A DNA stretch of 64,000 bases from an uncultured Planctomycetia bacterium (lineage in GTDB: Bacteria > Planctomycetota > MHYJ01 > WSZJ01), in the NCBI GenBank assembly GCA_964590435.1, contig CAZPWT010000005.1, forward strand, positions 67,470-131,469. The letters are read 5' to 3'. Below the pieces are notes generated by a model that was not told where the DNA came from, ran no database searches, and was given only the letters and a program-made list of their open reading frames with translations. Position numbers and translations under genes: made by a program. Shown here in pieces: positions 1 to 8,231 of this stretch (position 1 is its first letter; every line of letters begins with the position of its first letter).

Positions 1-2044
1 CCTCGTCGGCGTGTCCGGCGAGGTCCGCGCGAAGCTGGTCGAGGGCGTGTGCAAGGAGCTCGACATCGCGCCGAAGAACTTCCTCTTCTGCGCCACGCAC
101 AACCACTCGGGGCCCGGCGCGCTGTCGAAGAACCCGCTCATCCAGGCAGCGGCGGGAAAGTACGACGAGGAGCTCTTCAATGAGGTCGTCGCCCGACTGG
201 AGAAGTGCCTCCGCGCCGCGGACGCCGCCCTCGCGCCGGCAACGCTCGAGACCGGCCGGGCGCGCTTCGACAATCTCTCCCGCAACCGCGCGTTCAGCGG
301 CGGGCCGGTCGACGCGGACGGCGCGGTCGCCGTAGTGCGCGGCGCCGACGGAAAAGTGCTCGGGACGTTCGTGGACTTCGCGGCGCATGCGACGGTGCTG
401 GGAAGCGAGAACATGCTCGTGAGCGCGGACTGGCCCGGGGCGATGTGCGCGGCGATGGAGAAGAAATGGGAAGGGTCGGTCGCGGTGTTCCTGAACGGCG
501 CGGAGGGGGACCAGTCGCCGGCGACGCCGGGGGGGAAGGACGACTGGGAGTGCGCGGAGAAGATGGGCGCGGCGGTGGCGGAGGTCGCGATCGCGGCGAT
601 CGAGAAGCTCGGGAAGGGGGACGACGCGGCGGTGGTGCGCGGCCGCGCCGACGAATTCGACATGCCGCCGACGGCGTTCGGCGGCGACTGGCCGACGCAG
701 ACCGTCGTGCAGGTGTTCGACCTCGGCGCGCTGCGGCTGCTCTGCTTCCCCGGCGAGCCCTGCGTCGCGATCGGCCGCGCGGCGATCGACCTGTGCGCGG
801 ACAAGGACCGCATCGTCGCCGTCGTCGCCTGCGCGAACGACCATCTCGGCTACTTCGTCCCCGAGGACTACTACTTCAAGGGCGGCTACGAGTCGACGCT
901 CTGCTTCATCGGCCCGCGCTGCGGAAACTGGTTCCTCGACAGGTTCCGCGAGCTTCTCGAGTTGAAGGCCGAGGCCCCTTCCGTGCCGAACGTCCGCGTC
1001 GAGGTCCTGGAGCGCTTCAAGAAGGTCGTCGCCCGCGGCACGCCGTACGAAATCGGCCTCGGGCACGGCCGGGCGCTGACGCAGGAGATACGGAAGCACA
1101 GCGCGTTCTGGCGCACGCAGCTCACAGGGATGGCCGGCGCGCTGCCGATCCGCACGATGCTGCCGTTCCCCGACTCGGTCGACCCGGCGCCGCTGCTGTA
1201 TCCGCTGCTGGCGGTGCGCTGCCGGCTGCTGCTGCGCGAATGCGAGCCGGCGCTCGTCGAGGAGATGCGGGGGATCGCGGACGGCGCGGGCGTGGCGTTC
1301 GACGAGATCGTGTTCCTGAACACGTGGGTCGCGGTCGCGGACCAGACCGACCCGACGGCGCTGTTCCGGCTCAAGCCGGGCTGCGCCACGGCGTCCTCGG
1401 GGAAGTGGCTCGCGCACAACGCCGATTGGCCGCCCCAGAAGGACTTCCCGGACGTCGCCGCGCTCGTCATCGCGATCCCGAAGGAAGGACGCGCGGTGGC
1501 GATGATGACGCTCGCCGGCTGCGTCGGCGCGCCGTGCGCGATGAACGCCGACGGCGTCGCCTGCGCGGTCGATTCGCTTCCAGCGCCGGACGACACGACC
1601 CTCGAGGGCGTCCCGATCTGGCTCTCGGTGCGCGCGGCGCTCGAATACAACCGCATCGCGCCGGAAGTCGCCGAGGCGATCGAGCTGTCGCCGGGCACGG
1701 CGGGCTACCTCGTCACGATCCAGGACCCCGAAGAGACGATCCGCCTCATGGTGTCCGCCGAGCACAGCGAGCGCGATCCCGCCGACCCGCGCCCGCCGCC
1801 GAAGAAGGACCGCAAGCGCCGCGAGGCCGTCGCCGACTTCCTCAAGGCGAACCCGGAGCCCAAGGGAAGCGACCTGCGGGAGCTGTTCGGGGACAAGGAG
1901 AAGGGCGTGCTGGCGCCGGCGACGAGGGCGAGCGTGGTGATGGAGCTGGGAAAGAAGAAGTGGTGGGTCGCGGTCGGGCCGGGGAGCGAGATTGAGCCGG
2001 GGAAGTATTTCGAGGTGGAAATGAAAGGGCTGCTGGCGAGGTAG
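1..2044 (+). CDS. Neutral/alkaline ceramidase-like domain fused to a C45-type (acyl-CoA:6-APA acyltransferase-like) Ntn-hydrolase domain; 5' end truncated by the window edge
   Basis: ORF 11..2044 (GTG at 11) stays open in-frame back to position 2, so the true start is upstream. The N-part carries CATHNHSGPG, the HxHSGP signature of neutral ceramidase. The C-part (from ~aa 330) has LKPGCATASSG ... HNADW ... GCVGAPCAMNADG, reminiscent of the C45 / choloylglycine-hydrolase-like Ntn fold. Confidence 0.55.
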   Translation, partial: LVGVSGEVRAKLVEGVCKELDIAPKNFLFCATHNHSGPGALSKNPLIQAAAGKYDEELFNEVVARLEKCLRAADAALAPATLETGRARFDNLSRNRAFSGGPVDADGAVAVVRGADGKVLGTFVDFAAHATVLGSENMLVSADWPGAMCAAMEKKWEGSVAVFLNGAEGDQSPATPGGKDDWECAEKMGAAVAEVAIAAIEKLGKGDDAAVVRGRADEFDMPPTAFGGDWPTQTVVQVFDLGALRLLCFPGEPCVAIGRAAIDLCADKDRIVAVVACANDHLGYFVPEDYYFKGGYESTLCFIGPRCGNWFLDRFRELLELKAEAPSVPNVRVEVLERFKKVVARGTPYEIGLGHGRALTQEIRKHSAFWRTQLTGMAGALPIRTMLPFPDSVDPAPLLYPLLAVRCRLLLRECEPALVEEMRGIADGAGVAFDEIVFLNTWVAVADQTDPTALFRLKPGCATASSGKWLAHNADWPPQKDFPDVAALVIAIPKEGRAVAMMTLAGCVGAPCAMNADGVACAVDSLPAPDDTTLEGVPIWLSVRAALEYNRIAPEVAEAIELSPGTAGYLVTIQDPEETIRLMVSAEHSERDPADPRPPPKKDRKRREAVADFLKANPEPKGSDLRELFGDKEKGVLAPATRASVVMELGKKKWWVAVGPGSEIEPGKYFEVEMKGLLAR

Positions 2045-2052
2045 GTTGGGAG

Positions 2053-2270
2053 TTTGGGGTTCCGGAAGTTGAGTTCCGAGTTCCGGGTTCAGAATTCCGG
2101 GTTCGGTTCGGAGTGCGTGGTTTCGGGTTATTCAGCGTGTTCGGAGTTGGACACGCGACACAACCCGCAACCAACTCCCAACTCACTCAACAACTCCCGA
2201 CCCAAAACTCCGGACCGAACCCGGAACTCTGAACCCGGAACTCGGAACTCAACTTCCGGAACCCAAAACC
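2053..2270. repeat. ~218-bp imperfect palindrome built from GTTCCG/GAGTTC hexamer-like units, filling the convergent intergenic space; probable bidirectional terminator or REP/MITE-like element
   Basis: Left arm ttggggttccggaagttgagttccgagttccgggttcagaattccgggttcggttcggag. Right arm, reverse-complemented, is ggttttgggttccggaagttgagttccgagttccgggttcagagttccgggttcgg. The arms are near-identical, with nested inner inverted repeats (gtgttcggagttgg / ccaactcccaac). Confidence 0.8.
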
Positions 2271-2275
2271 AGCAA

Positions 2276-2818
2276 CTACCCGCGAAGCTCACTCTTCTTG
2301 AAAACGCTGGCGAGCTTCACTCCCATCTTTTCCAGCGCTTCCTTCCCTCCTTCTTCCCGGTCCACCAGCGCCACCGCCAGCAGGATCTCCGCGCCGACTT
2401 CCTCGCGCAGCCGCTCGATCGCCGTCACCGTCGAGCCGCCCGTCGTCACCACGTCGTCCACCACCACGACCTTCGCGCCGCGCGGCAGCTCCGGCCCCTC
2501 GATCGACTTCTTCGCCCCGTGCGCTTTAGCCTCCTTGCGCACGATGAACGCGTTGATCGGCGCCCCTTCGCGCGCGCTCTCGATCGCCACGCCCGCCGCG
2601 ATCGGGTCCGCGCCCAGCGTCAGCCCGCCCACCGCCTGCGGCTTCAGCGGCCGGATGATGTTCAGCATCTCCCTCGACGTCAGCAGCAGCCCGCGCGCAT
2701 TCAGCGTCACGAGACGGCAGTCGATGTAGAAGTCCGACTTCTTCCCCGAGGACAGCGTGAAGTCGCCGAATTTCACCACCGACTTCACGATCGCCAGCAG
2801 ATCCGCGCGATCCGGCAT
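2276..2818 (-). CDS. pyrE: Orotate phosphoribosyltransferase
   Basis: 180 aa; PRPP-binding motif VVVVDDVVTTGGS; typical OPRTase length and N-terminal FGDFTLSSGKKSDFY. Confidence 0.88.
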   Translation of the reverse strand: MPDRADLLAIVKSVVKFGDFTLSSGKKSDFYIDCRLVTLNARGLLLTSREMLNIIRPLKPQAVGGLTLGADPIAAGVAIESAREGAPINAFIVRKEAKAHGAKKSIEGPELPRGAKVVVVDDVVTTGGSTVTAIERLREEVGAEILLAVALVDREEGGKEALEKMGVKLASVFKKSELRG

Positions 2819-3139
2819 TTAGAAGAACCTCCCTTTGCCGAGCTTGTAGGCCAGGAACCCGACGATCGCGAGGATCGCGAGCTTGATGATCAGGCCGACC
2901 ACCCCTCCGCCGCCCGGCTTCCGCGGGCCCGAGGGCCTCCCCTGCGGCGGCGCCGGCTCAGGCGGCGCAGACGCCTCGCCGCCTCCCTTCCCCCCTCCCC
3001 CGCCACCGGCCGCGCCGGCGGACGGATCGGGGATTTCCTGCGTGAAGTGACACCCCACGCACTGCGCGGTTTTTCCCGGACGGGTGAAGTTCGCATCGAT
3101 ATCCCGCCCGCACCGCTTGCACCGGAACTGGACGCGCAT
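2819..3139 (-). CDS. Small zinc-ribbon protein with a Gly/Pro-rich linker and a C-terminal transmembrane helix
   Basis: CKRCG...CVGCH four-Cys ribbon at the N-terminus; C-terminal hydrophobic helix VVGLIIKLAILAIVGFLAY; abuts the pyrE start. Confidence 0.5.
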   Translation of the reverse strand: MRVQFRCKRCGRDIDANFTRPGKTAQCVGCHFTQEIPDPSAGAAGGGGGGKGGGEASAPPEPAPPQGRPSGPRKPGGGGVVGLIIKLAILAIVGFLAYKLGKGRFF

Positions 3140-3252
3140 CGGTCATCTCCGTTCATACGAATCCCGGAGCATTGGACCAGCGCGGCGCGGCCGAGTCCAG
3201 AACCTCGAGCCCCATGCGCCCGACGCTGACCCCTTAACTCGCAACTCGGCCG

Positions 3253-3420
3253 CTTTTCCGGGGGTGGAAGGGGCTGGACGGTGGGTGGCGAGGCGGGCGC
3301 GCCGCAGGAACTCGGCGAGAAGCGCCGTCCCATCCAACGTCCTCGCCGCCATCCCCGCCGCTCTTCGCCCGGCGCGCCCGCCGAGCCCCCACCGTCCATC
3401 CCCTTCCACCCCCGGAAAAG
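3253..3420. repeat. Long inverted repeat (~50-bp arms, ~65-nt spacer) inside a 670-bp non-coding region
   Basis: Arm 3253-3304 is cttttccgggggtggaaggggctggacggtgggtggcgaggcgggcgcgccg. Arm 3370-3420, reverse-complemented, is cttttccgggggtggaaggggatggacggtgggggctcggcgggcgcgccg. The mirror-image spurious ORFs 3234..3500(-) and 3281..3517(+) both contain PPSSPFHPRKSG. Confidence 0.8.
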
Positions 3421-3807
3421 CGAGCAGCCCACCAAGCGCAGGGGGTTGACACTTGGTGAGCTGCCGCTCCAGGTTGGGCACACGCCCTGGGCCGGGCCAC
3501 ACGCCCGACCCCTGTAAGTTGTGATTTCGATCGGCCTCCGCGATTCGTTTTTCCGTCCGTGCGTGTCTTGCTGTCCGTTGTTTTTGTCGTGCGAGAAGGG
3601 ATATCGCAAGCGGAGTGCCGAACTAATGAAATCGCAACACGTTGTCGGCAAACGCTTTACGATAAGCTCCTCCTTTCCGTCTTTGTCCACATTCCCGGAC
3701 ATCCGAGGACACTCCTTGGCTCCTTCACCACATATCCCTTCAGCCCACCCCTCCCCCACGCCGATGAACCCTCGGAGTTTCGCAACCCCACGGCGAGGAG
3801 AGGCGCT

Positions 3808-4512
3808 ATGAGCAAAAAAGACGGTCTCGAGATCTTCGAACTCTTCAGGTCCGGCTCCGGAAAATCGGGCACGGCCGAAGCGACGCCTCCGCCGGCGGTG
3901 AAGGAACGCGTGACAACGATCCGCCCGGCCCCTGCTCCGGCCCCCGCGCCTGTCGCGGCGGCGCCTGCGCCGGCGCCGAAGAAAGCAAGCCCCGGCGAAG
4001 CCACGATCTCGGTGAGGCTGAACACCGCGCTGGTCGGGCTCATGGTCGGGACCGCCTGCCTGTTCGGCTGCTTTGCGCTGGGCGTGCAGTACGAGCGCCG
4101 GCATCACGCCGCCGCGGCGGAAACTGCGAAGGCGCCCGAGGAGCCGCAGCCCACGCCGATTCCCGTGACGCCGCGCGAAGTCCGCCGCGAGACGCCTCCG
4201 CCGGCGGCGCCCGCGGAGAACCATGCCGCCGCCCCCGCCCCCGCCGACCCGAAGAAGGGCTACACGCTGCAGCTCATGAGCTACGGCGCCGACCAGGAGT
4301 CGATCGCCCAGCGCATGCTCAAGAAGGTCCGCGACCAGAAGGGCGACGAGGCGAGCCTCATCAAGGACAAGAACGGCAACTTCATCGTGATCGCGGGCTT
4401 CGTCGAGAAGCAGACGGGCGCGGACGCGGAGAGTCTTCTGTCGAAGTACCGGGGGATGGCGAGCCGCACGAACTTCTCGTTCAACCTCAACTGGATCCCG
4501 GCCTCGAAGTAG
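3808..4512 (+). CDS. SPOR-domain (peptidoglycan-binding) membrane protein with an Ala/Pro-rich linker
   Basis: Start MSKKDGLEIF is preceded by GGAGAGG. There is a TM segment LVGLMVGTACLFGCFALGV. The C-terminal GYTLQLMSYGADQESIAQRMLKK...NGNFIVIAGFVEKQTGADAESLLSKY matches the SPOR fold pattern. Confidence 0.65.
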   Translation: MSKKDGLEIFELFRSGSGKSGTAEATPPPAVKERVTTIRPAPAPAPAPVAAAPAPAPKKASPGEATISVRLNTALVGLMVGTACLFGCFALGVQYERRHHAAAAETAKAPEEPQPTPIPVTPREVRRETPPPAAPAENHAAAPAPADPKKGYTLQLMSYGADQESIAQRMLKKVRDQKGDEASLIKDKNGNFIVIAGFVEKQTGADAESLLSKYRGMASRTNFSFNLNWIPASK

Positions 4513-4540
4513 CGCCCGCCTTCCCGGGAGCGAAACGCAC

Positions 4541-5425
4541 GTGAAAACGTCCGCCGAGTGCCTTCCCTGCATCCTCAACCGCGTGATCGAGACCGCGGCG
4601 CAGGTCACTCCGGACGCGTGGCTGCACAAGAAGGTCATGCTCGACGTCACCTCCGCGATCGTCTCCGGGCAGGTCGAGTTCGACCGCTCCCCCGCCGAGG
4701 TCACGAGCGAAGCGATCCTCCGCGCCTGCGCCATCCTGAACGCCGACCCGTTCGCCGAGGAACGCCGCCGCATGAACGACGCCCTCCTCGGCCTCCTGCC
4801 CGGCATCACCGCCGCGCTCCAGAAGCAGCCCTCCCCGCTCGTCGCCGCGGGCCGCCTCGCCGCGATCTGCAACGACACGGCGCTCTTCTCGCAGCCGATC
4901 GATCCCGCCGCCCTCGTCGCCGACGCCGCTTCACGCCGGTTCGCCGTGGACGACTTCGCCCGCCTCGAGACCGCGCTCGGCCCCGCCAAGCGCGTCCTCT
5001 ACATCCTCGACAACGCCGGCGAAATCGTCGCCGACAGGCTCTTCATCGAGGCGATCGGCCCCCGCCGCGTCACCGCCGTGGTGCGCAAGACGCCGCTCAT
5101 GCGCGACGCCCTCGACGCCGACGCCGGCCAGGTCGCCCTCCCGTGCCGCGTCATCCACACCGGCTGTGACCTCGCTGGCGCGCCGCCCGCGTCCGTCTCC
5201 CTCGAGTTCCGCCGCGAGGTCGACCGCTCGGACGTGGTGATCGCGAAGGGCGAGAGCGCGTACCAGACGATGGAAGAAGGGCCGTGGAAGGCGTACCACC
5301 TGCTGGTCGCGCGCTGCGGCTGCACGGCGCGGCACCTGGGCGTTCCCGTCCGGTCCACGCTCTGCGTCGCCCGCGAGGCCGCCTCGGCGCGGCGCCCGGG
5401 GACGAAAATCGCCCGCAGGGCGTGA
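4541..5425 (+). CDS. DUF89 (ARMT1-like) damage-control phosphatase family protein
   Basis: N-terminal CxxC (ECLPCILNR) and central YILDNAGEIVADRLFIE (the DN-x-GE motif characteristic of DUF89); GTG start. Confidence 0.6.
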   Translation: MKTSAECLPCILNRVIETAAQVTPDAWLHKKVMLDVTSAIVSGQVEFDRSPAEVTSEAILRACAILNADPFAEERRRMNDALLGLLPGITAALQKQPSPLVAAGRLAAICNDTALFSQPIDPAALVADAASRRFAVDDFARLETALGPAKRVLYILDNAGEIVADRLFIEAIGPRRVTAVVRKTPLMRDALDADAGQVALPCRVIHTGCDLAGAPPASVSLEFRREVDRSDVVIAKGESAYQTMEEGPWKAYHLLVARCGCTARHLGVPVRSTLCVAREAASARRPGTKIARRA

Positions 5426-5444
5426 ACAGGCCCCCTCTTGGGGC

Positions 5445-5472
5445 TTGCATTCGTTGCCTCCGCTGGTAGACT
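5445..5472 (+). promoter_or_regulatory. Candidate sigma70-type promoter (TTGCAT - 16 nt - TAGACT) for the small basic protein gene
   Basis: TTGCAT at 5445-5450, spacer 16 nt, TAGACT at 5467-5472, ~35 nt upstream of the ATG at 5508. Confidence 0.35.
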
Positions 5473-5507
5473 CCTCCCCCTTCCAATTCCCAGCCGGAGA
5501 CGAATTC

Positions 5508-5828
5508 ATGTCGATCCACAAGAGCCTCAGGAAAGTCGGCGCCCTCAAGCGCCATCGCAACGTCCTCACCCGCGCCGAACGCTTCAAGGCGTTCGTCGAA
5601 GAAGGCAAGGCGACGGACGCGACGTCGGTCTACGGGCTGCCGAAGCTGCGCAGCATCATGGCGAAGGCGAAGCCCAAGGAGAAGGCTGCGGCGGCCCCTG
5701 CGGCGGGCGCGGCCCCGGCGGCGGGCGCTGCGGCGCCGGCGGCGGCTCCGGCGGCGAAGGGCGCCCCGGCAGCGAAGGGAGCTGCGGCTCCTGCGGCGGC
5801 GGCGAAGGCGCCTCCCGCGAAGAAGTAG
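5508..5828 (+). CDS. Small basic histone-H1-like / Ala-Pro-Lys-rich nucleoid-associated protein
   Basis: MSIHKSLRKVGALKRHRNVLTRAERFKAFVEEGK followed by an AAAPAAGAAPAAGAAAPAAAPAAKGAPAAKGAAAPAAAAKAPPAKK tail (Hc1/AlgP-like low complexity). RBS GGAGA precedes the ATG; a strong terminator follows. Confidence 0.6.
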   Translation: MSIHKSLRKVGALKRHRNVLTRAERFKAFVEEGKATDATSVYGLPKLRSIMAKAKPKEKAAAAPAAGAAPAAGAAAPAAAPAAKGAPAAKGAAAPAAAAKAPPAKK

Positions 5829-5845
5829 GACGGACAGGCTGGAAA

Positions 5846-5881
5846 CGAAAAAACCCCGGGCGACCGGGGTTCTTCTTTTTC
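5846..5881. terminator. Bidirectional intrinsic terminator between convergent genes
   Basis: gaaaaaaCCCCGGGcgaCCGGGGttcttcttttt: a GC hairpin flanked by an A-run and a T-run. Confidence 0.8.
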
Positions 5882-5886
5882 AAGGG

Positions 5887-7356
5887 CTACGGTTTCCAGG
5901 AGAGCTTGAGGATCTGGCCGGCCTGGACCACGGCGGGGTCCTTTGATAGCAGGCTGTGGGCCTGGACGTTCACGAGCCAGGCGCCGCGGCCGAAAAGGGC
6001 CTCGGCGTCGACGATGCCGCTGAATTCCCAGCCGCCGGCCTTGTCCTCGCCCTTGGACAGGACGTTCATCGCGGGGTCGGCGGCGAGCCAGTGGGCGGTC
6101 GCCGCGGCGCGCGAGACCTCGGCCACGCGGGTCAGCTTCGCGGTCGCGATCTCGTAGATCCACACCGACGTGTCGCGCTTGAGCCCGACGGACTCGAGCG
6201 ACGGCACCGGGTCCTCGCAGATCGCCAGCTCGCCGTGCGCGTTCACGTCCACGTTGTCGGGGCTCACGATCCCCTCGCTCCCGTCGAGCACGATCGTGAT
6301 CGTCCCCCCCGCCGCCGGGTCCTTCGGGTCCACCTCGAGCTTCCAGACGCGCCCGAGCGGATTCGCCGACTGCGGCCGCCCGGTCGTCGTGAAATACAGC
6401 GTCCCCGGGTGCGACGGGTCGGGCGCGCCGTCCTCGATGCGCACGAAACGGAACGCGCCCGCGGCCACGGCCGCCGCGTCGAGCCCCTCGTCGGTGAGCG
6501 ACGCATCCATCTCGACCCAGCGGCCCACGACGGCTTTCCCCTTCTCCGTCACTGCCGCTTCCGAAGACTGCGCAGCCTCCCGCGGCACGAACGTGAAGAG
6601 CTTCCCGCCACGGAGACCGTTGCGCGCGGCGGGGTCGGCGGCGGCCTTGTCCTTGGCGCCCACGTACAGGTAGAGCTCGGCGTGCAGCCCGTCGCCGGTC
6701 GCCGGCGCGTCCTCCAGCCCGACGACCGCGGTGACCGCGCCGGTCCCGGGGAGCACCGCGAGGTTCTCCCACGGCGCGCGGCCGAGTTTCGGAAGGGCGT
6801 ACAGCGCACCACCGGCCAGCGCGAACGCCTGTCCGCCGCGGCCGTCGCTCGTGTCCTTGCCGGACGTTTCCTCGCCCGCGAGGAACATCGGCGGGTCGAA
6901 TTCCTCGCGTTCGCCGGCGAGGTAGGCCGAGCAGAGTTTCGCGACTGCGACCTTCCCGGCCTCCGCCTTCGCGGCGGGCTCGCCGAACCAGACCTCGCGG
7001 ATCGCCGGGCGCCCCGAGACGACCTTGCCGCCCGCGAGGGCCAGCTCGCTGATCCGCGCCCCCGAAGCCAGCGGCCCTTCCGCCGCCCCCACCGCCTTCG
7101 GCCATTCATGGTTCACGAAGAGCGTCGCCCCGGCGCACCCCATCCCGTCAGGGACGCCGGGAAGCCGCCACGTCTCGCCGGCTGCGCCTCCGGTCAGCGG
7201 CACGCGCTCCCCGCTCGTGACCAGGATCTCCAACGACGCCCGCCCGTCCGCCGCCACCGCATACGGCGGCGCCGCAGCGCCCGACGGCGCCGGCGGCGGG
7301 CTGCACGAAGCGCCGGCCGCCGCCAGAAACAGAAATGCCGGGAGTGCGTTTCGCAT
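5887..7356 (-). CDS. Secreted PhoX-like (DUF839) beta-propeller phosphatase family protein
   Basis: Signal peptide MRNALPAFLFLAAAGASC; LFVNHEWP and SPDNVDVNAHGEL motifs resemble PhoX/DUF839. The assignment is tentative. Confidence 0.5.
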   Translation of the reverse strand: MRNALPAFLFLAAAGASCSPPPAPSGAAAPPYAVAADGRASLEILVTSGERVPLTGGAAGETWRLPGVPDGMGCAGATLFVNHEWPKAVGAAEGPLASGARISELALAGGKVVSGRPAIREVWFGEPAAKAEAGKVAVAKLCSAYLAGEREEFDPPMFLAGEETSGKDTSDGRGGQAFALAGGALYALPKLGRAPWENLAVLPGTGAVTAVVGLEDAPATGDGLHAELYLYVGAKDKAAADPAARNGLRGGKLFTFVPREAAQSSEAAVTEKGKAVVGRWVEMDASLTDEGLDAAAVAAGAFRFVRIEDGAPDPSHPGTLYFTTTGRPQSANPLGRVWKLEVDPKDPAAGGTITIVLDGSEGIVSPDNVDVNAHGELAICEDPVPSLESVGLKRDTSVWIYEIATAKLTRVAEVSRAAATAHWLAADPAMNVLSKGEDKAGGWEFSGIVDAEALFGRGAWLVNVQAHSLLSKDPAVVQAGQILKLSWKP

Positions 7357-7398
7357 CCCGGCATTGTGGCCGAACCCTCGGTCGCTGTCAGCGGGCGA

Positions 7399-7995
7399 CT
7401 ACTTGCGCACGACCGCAAACTCCTTCGTCGCCAGCACGCTCCCCTTCTCGTCCTGGATCTCCAGCTTCGCCTGCCCGACGCTCGAGGCGTCGATCCGCTT
7501 CGTCGTCCACGTCCGGAACGCGTTCGAGCCGATCGTGATCCACGCGCCCGTCGTGCTCTTGCCGTTCAGCGTCCAGACGGGGCGGACCTTCCGGCCCGAC
7601 CCGGACGAAAGGCGCATCCAGCAGTAGATGCGGCTCGTCTTCGTTGAGACCGACGTCGTCTCGTTCACCGGGTTGCGGTCCTTCACGCCGAGGCAGACCG
7701 CCAGCTTCTCGACCACCGGCGATCCTTTCGGGATCGGCGCTTCGATCACTGGCGGCGGCGGCGGCACGTTCGGCACCACAGCCGGCGGCGGCTTCACCGC
7801 CCCCGGCATCGGCGCCACCGGCGGCTTCGGCGCCGGCGCCGACACCAGCGTCACCGGCTGCTCCGGCTCCACCGGCGGCTCTTCGAATTTCACCACCCGC
7901 CGCCCCGCCTGGCGCATCACGCGCTCGACCGCGGCGAACAACCCGATTCCCAGCCCCCCGGCGATGAGGAGGCCCAGCACAATTCTCTGATTCAT
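7399..7995 (-). CDS. Membrane-anchored Pro-rich protein with a C-terminal beta-rich domain (DUF2914-like)
   Basis: Real start MNQRIVLGLLIAGGLGIGLFAAV (TM helix); Pro-rich spacer; C-terminal TSRIYCWMRLSSGSGRKVRPVWTLNGKS...WTTKRIDASSVGQAKLEIQDEKGSVLATKEF. Confidence 0.5.
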   Translation of the reverse strand: MNQRIVLGLLIAGGLGIGLFAAVERVMRQAGRRVVKFEEPPVEPEQPVTLVSAPAPKPPVAPMPGAVKPPPAVVPNVPPPPPVIEAPIPKGSPVVEKLAVCLGVKDRNPVNETTSVSTKTSRIYCWMRLSSGSGRKVRPVWTLNGKSTTGAWITIGSNAFRTWTTKRIDASSVGQAKLEIQDEKGSVLATKEFAVVRK

Positions 7996-8231
7996 GGCGC
8001 GCTCCGGAGAGGGGGACGGCACGCACGCGCCCGCCGGCCCCGCCGCACGGCGGAACCGGGACGAGAAGCGCCCGTCCGGGAGCAATGGAATACGTCGGCG
8101 CGGCGGGCGGGGAACTTGAGCCGATTCGAGATGGCAGATGGTCGTTGAGCGCATCGACTTCAAGACCTTAAACTCCCGAGGAGGGGAGATGTCAGCAGTT
8201 CAGTTGTCAATCCGCCACATGAGGGAATCCC

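Noticed and set aside
3234-3517. Mirror-image small ORFs 3234..3500 (-) and 3281..3517 (+), both containing PPSSPFHPRKSG
   Set aside because: They are translations of the two arms of the 3253-3420 inverted repeat and are therefore artefacts of the palindrome, not genes.
5630-7647. ORFs 5630..7105 (-), 5956..7647 (+) and 6549..7109 (-) overlapping the PhoX-like gene
   Set aside because: All are Arg/Gly-rich alternative frames. The chosen frame 5887..7356 (-) has a signal peptide, normal composition and PhoX-like motifs.
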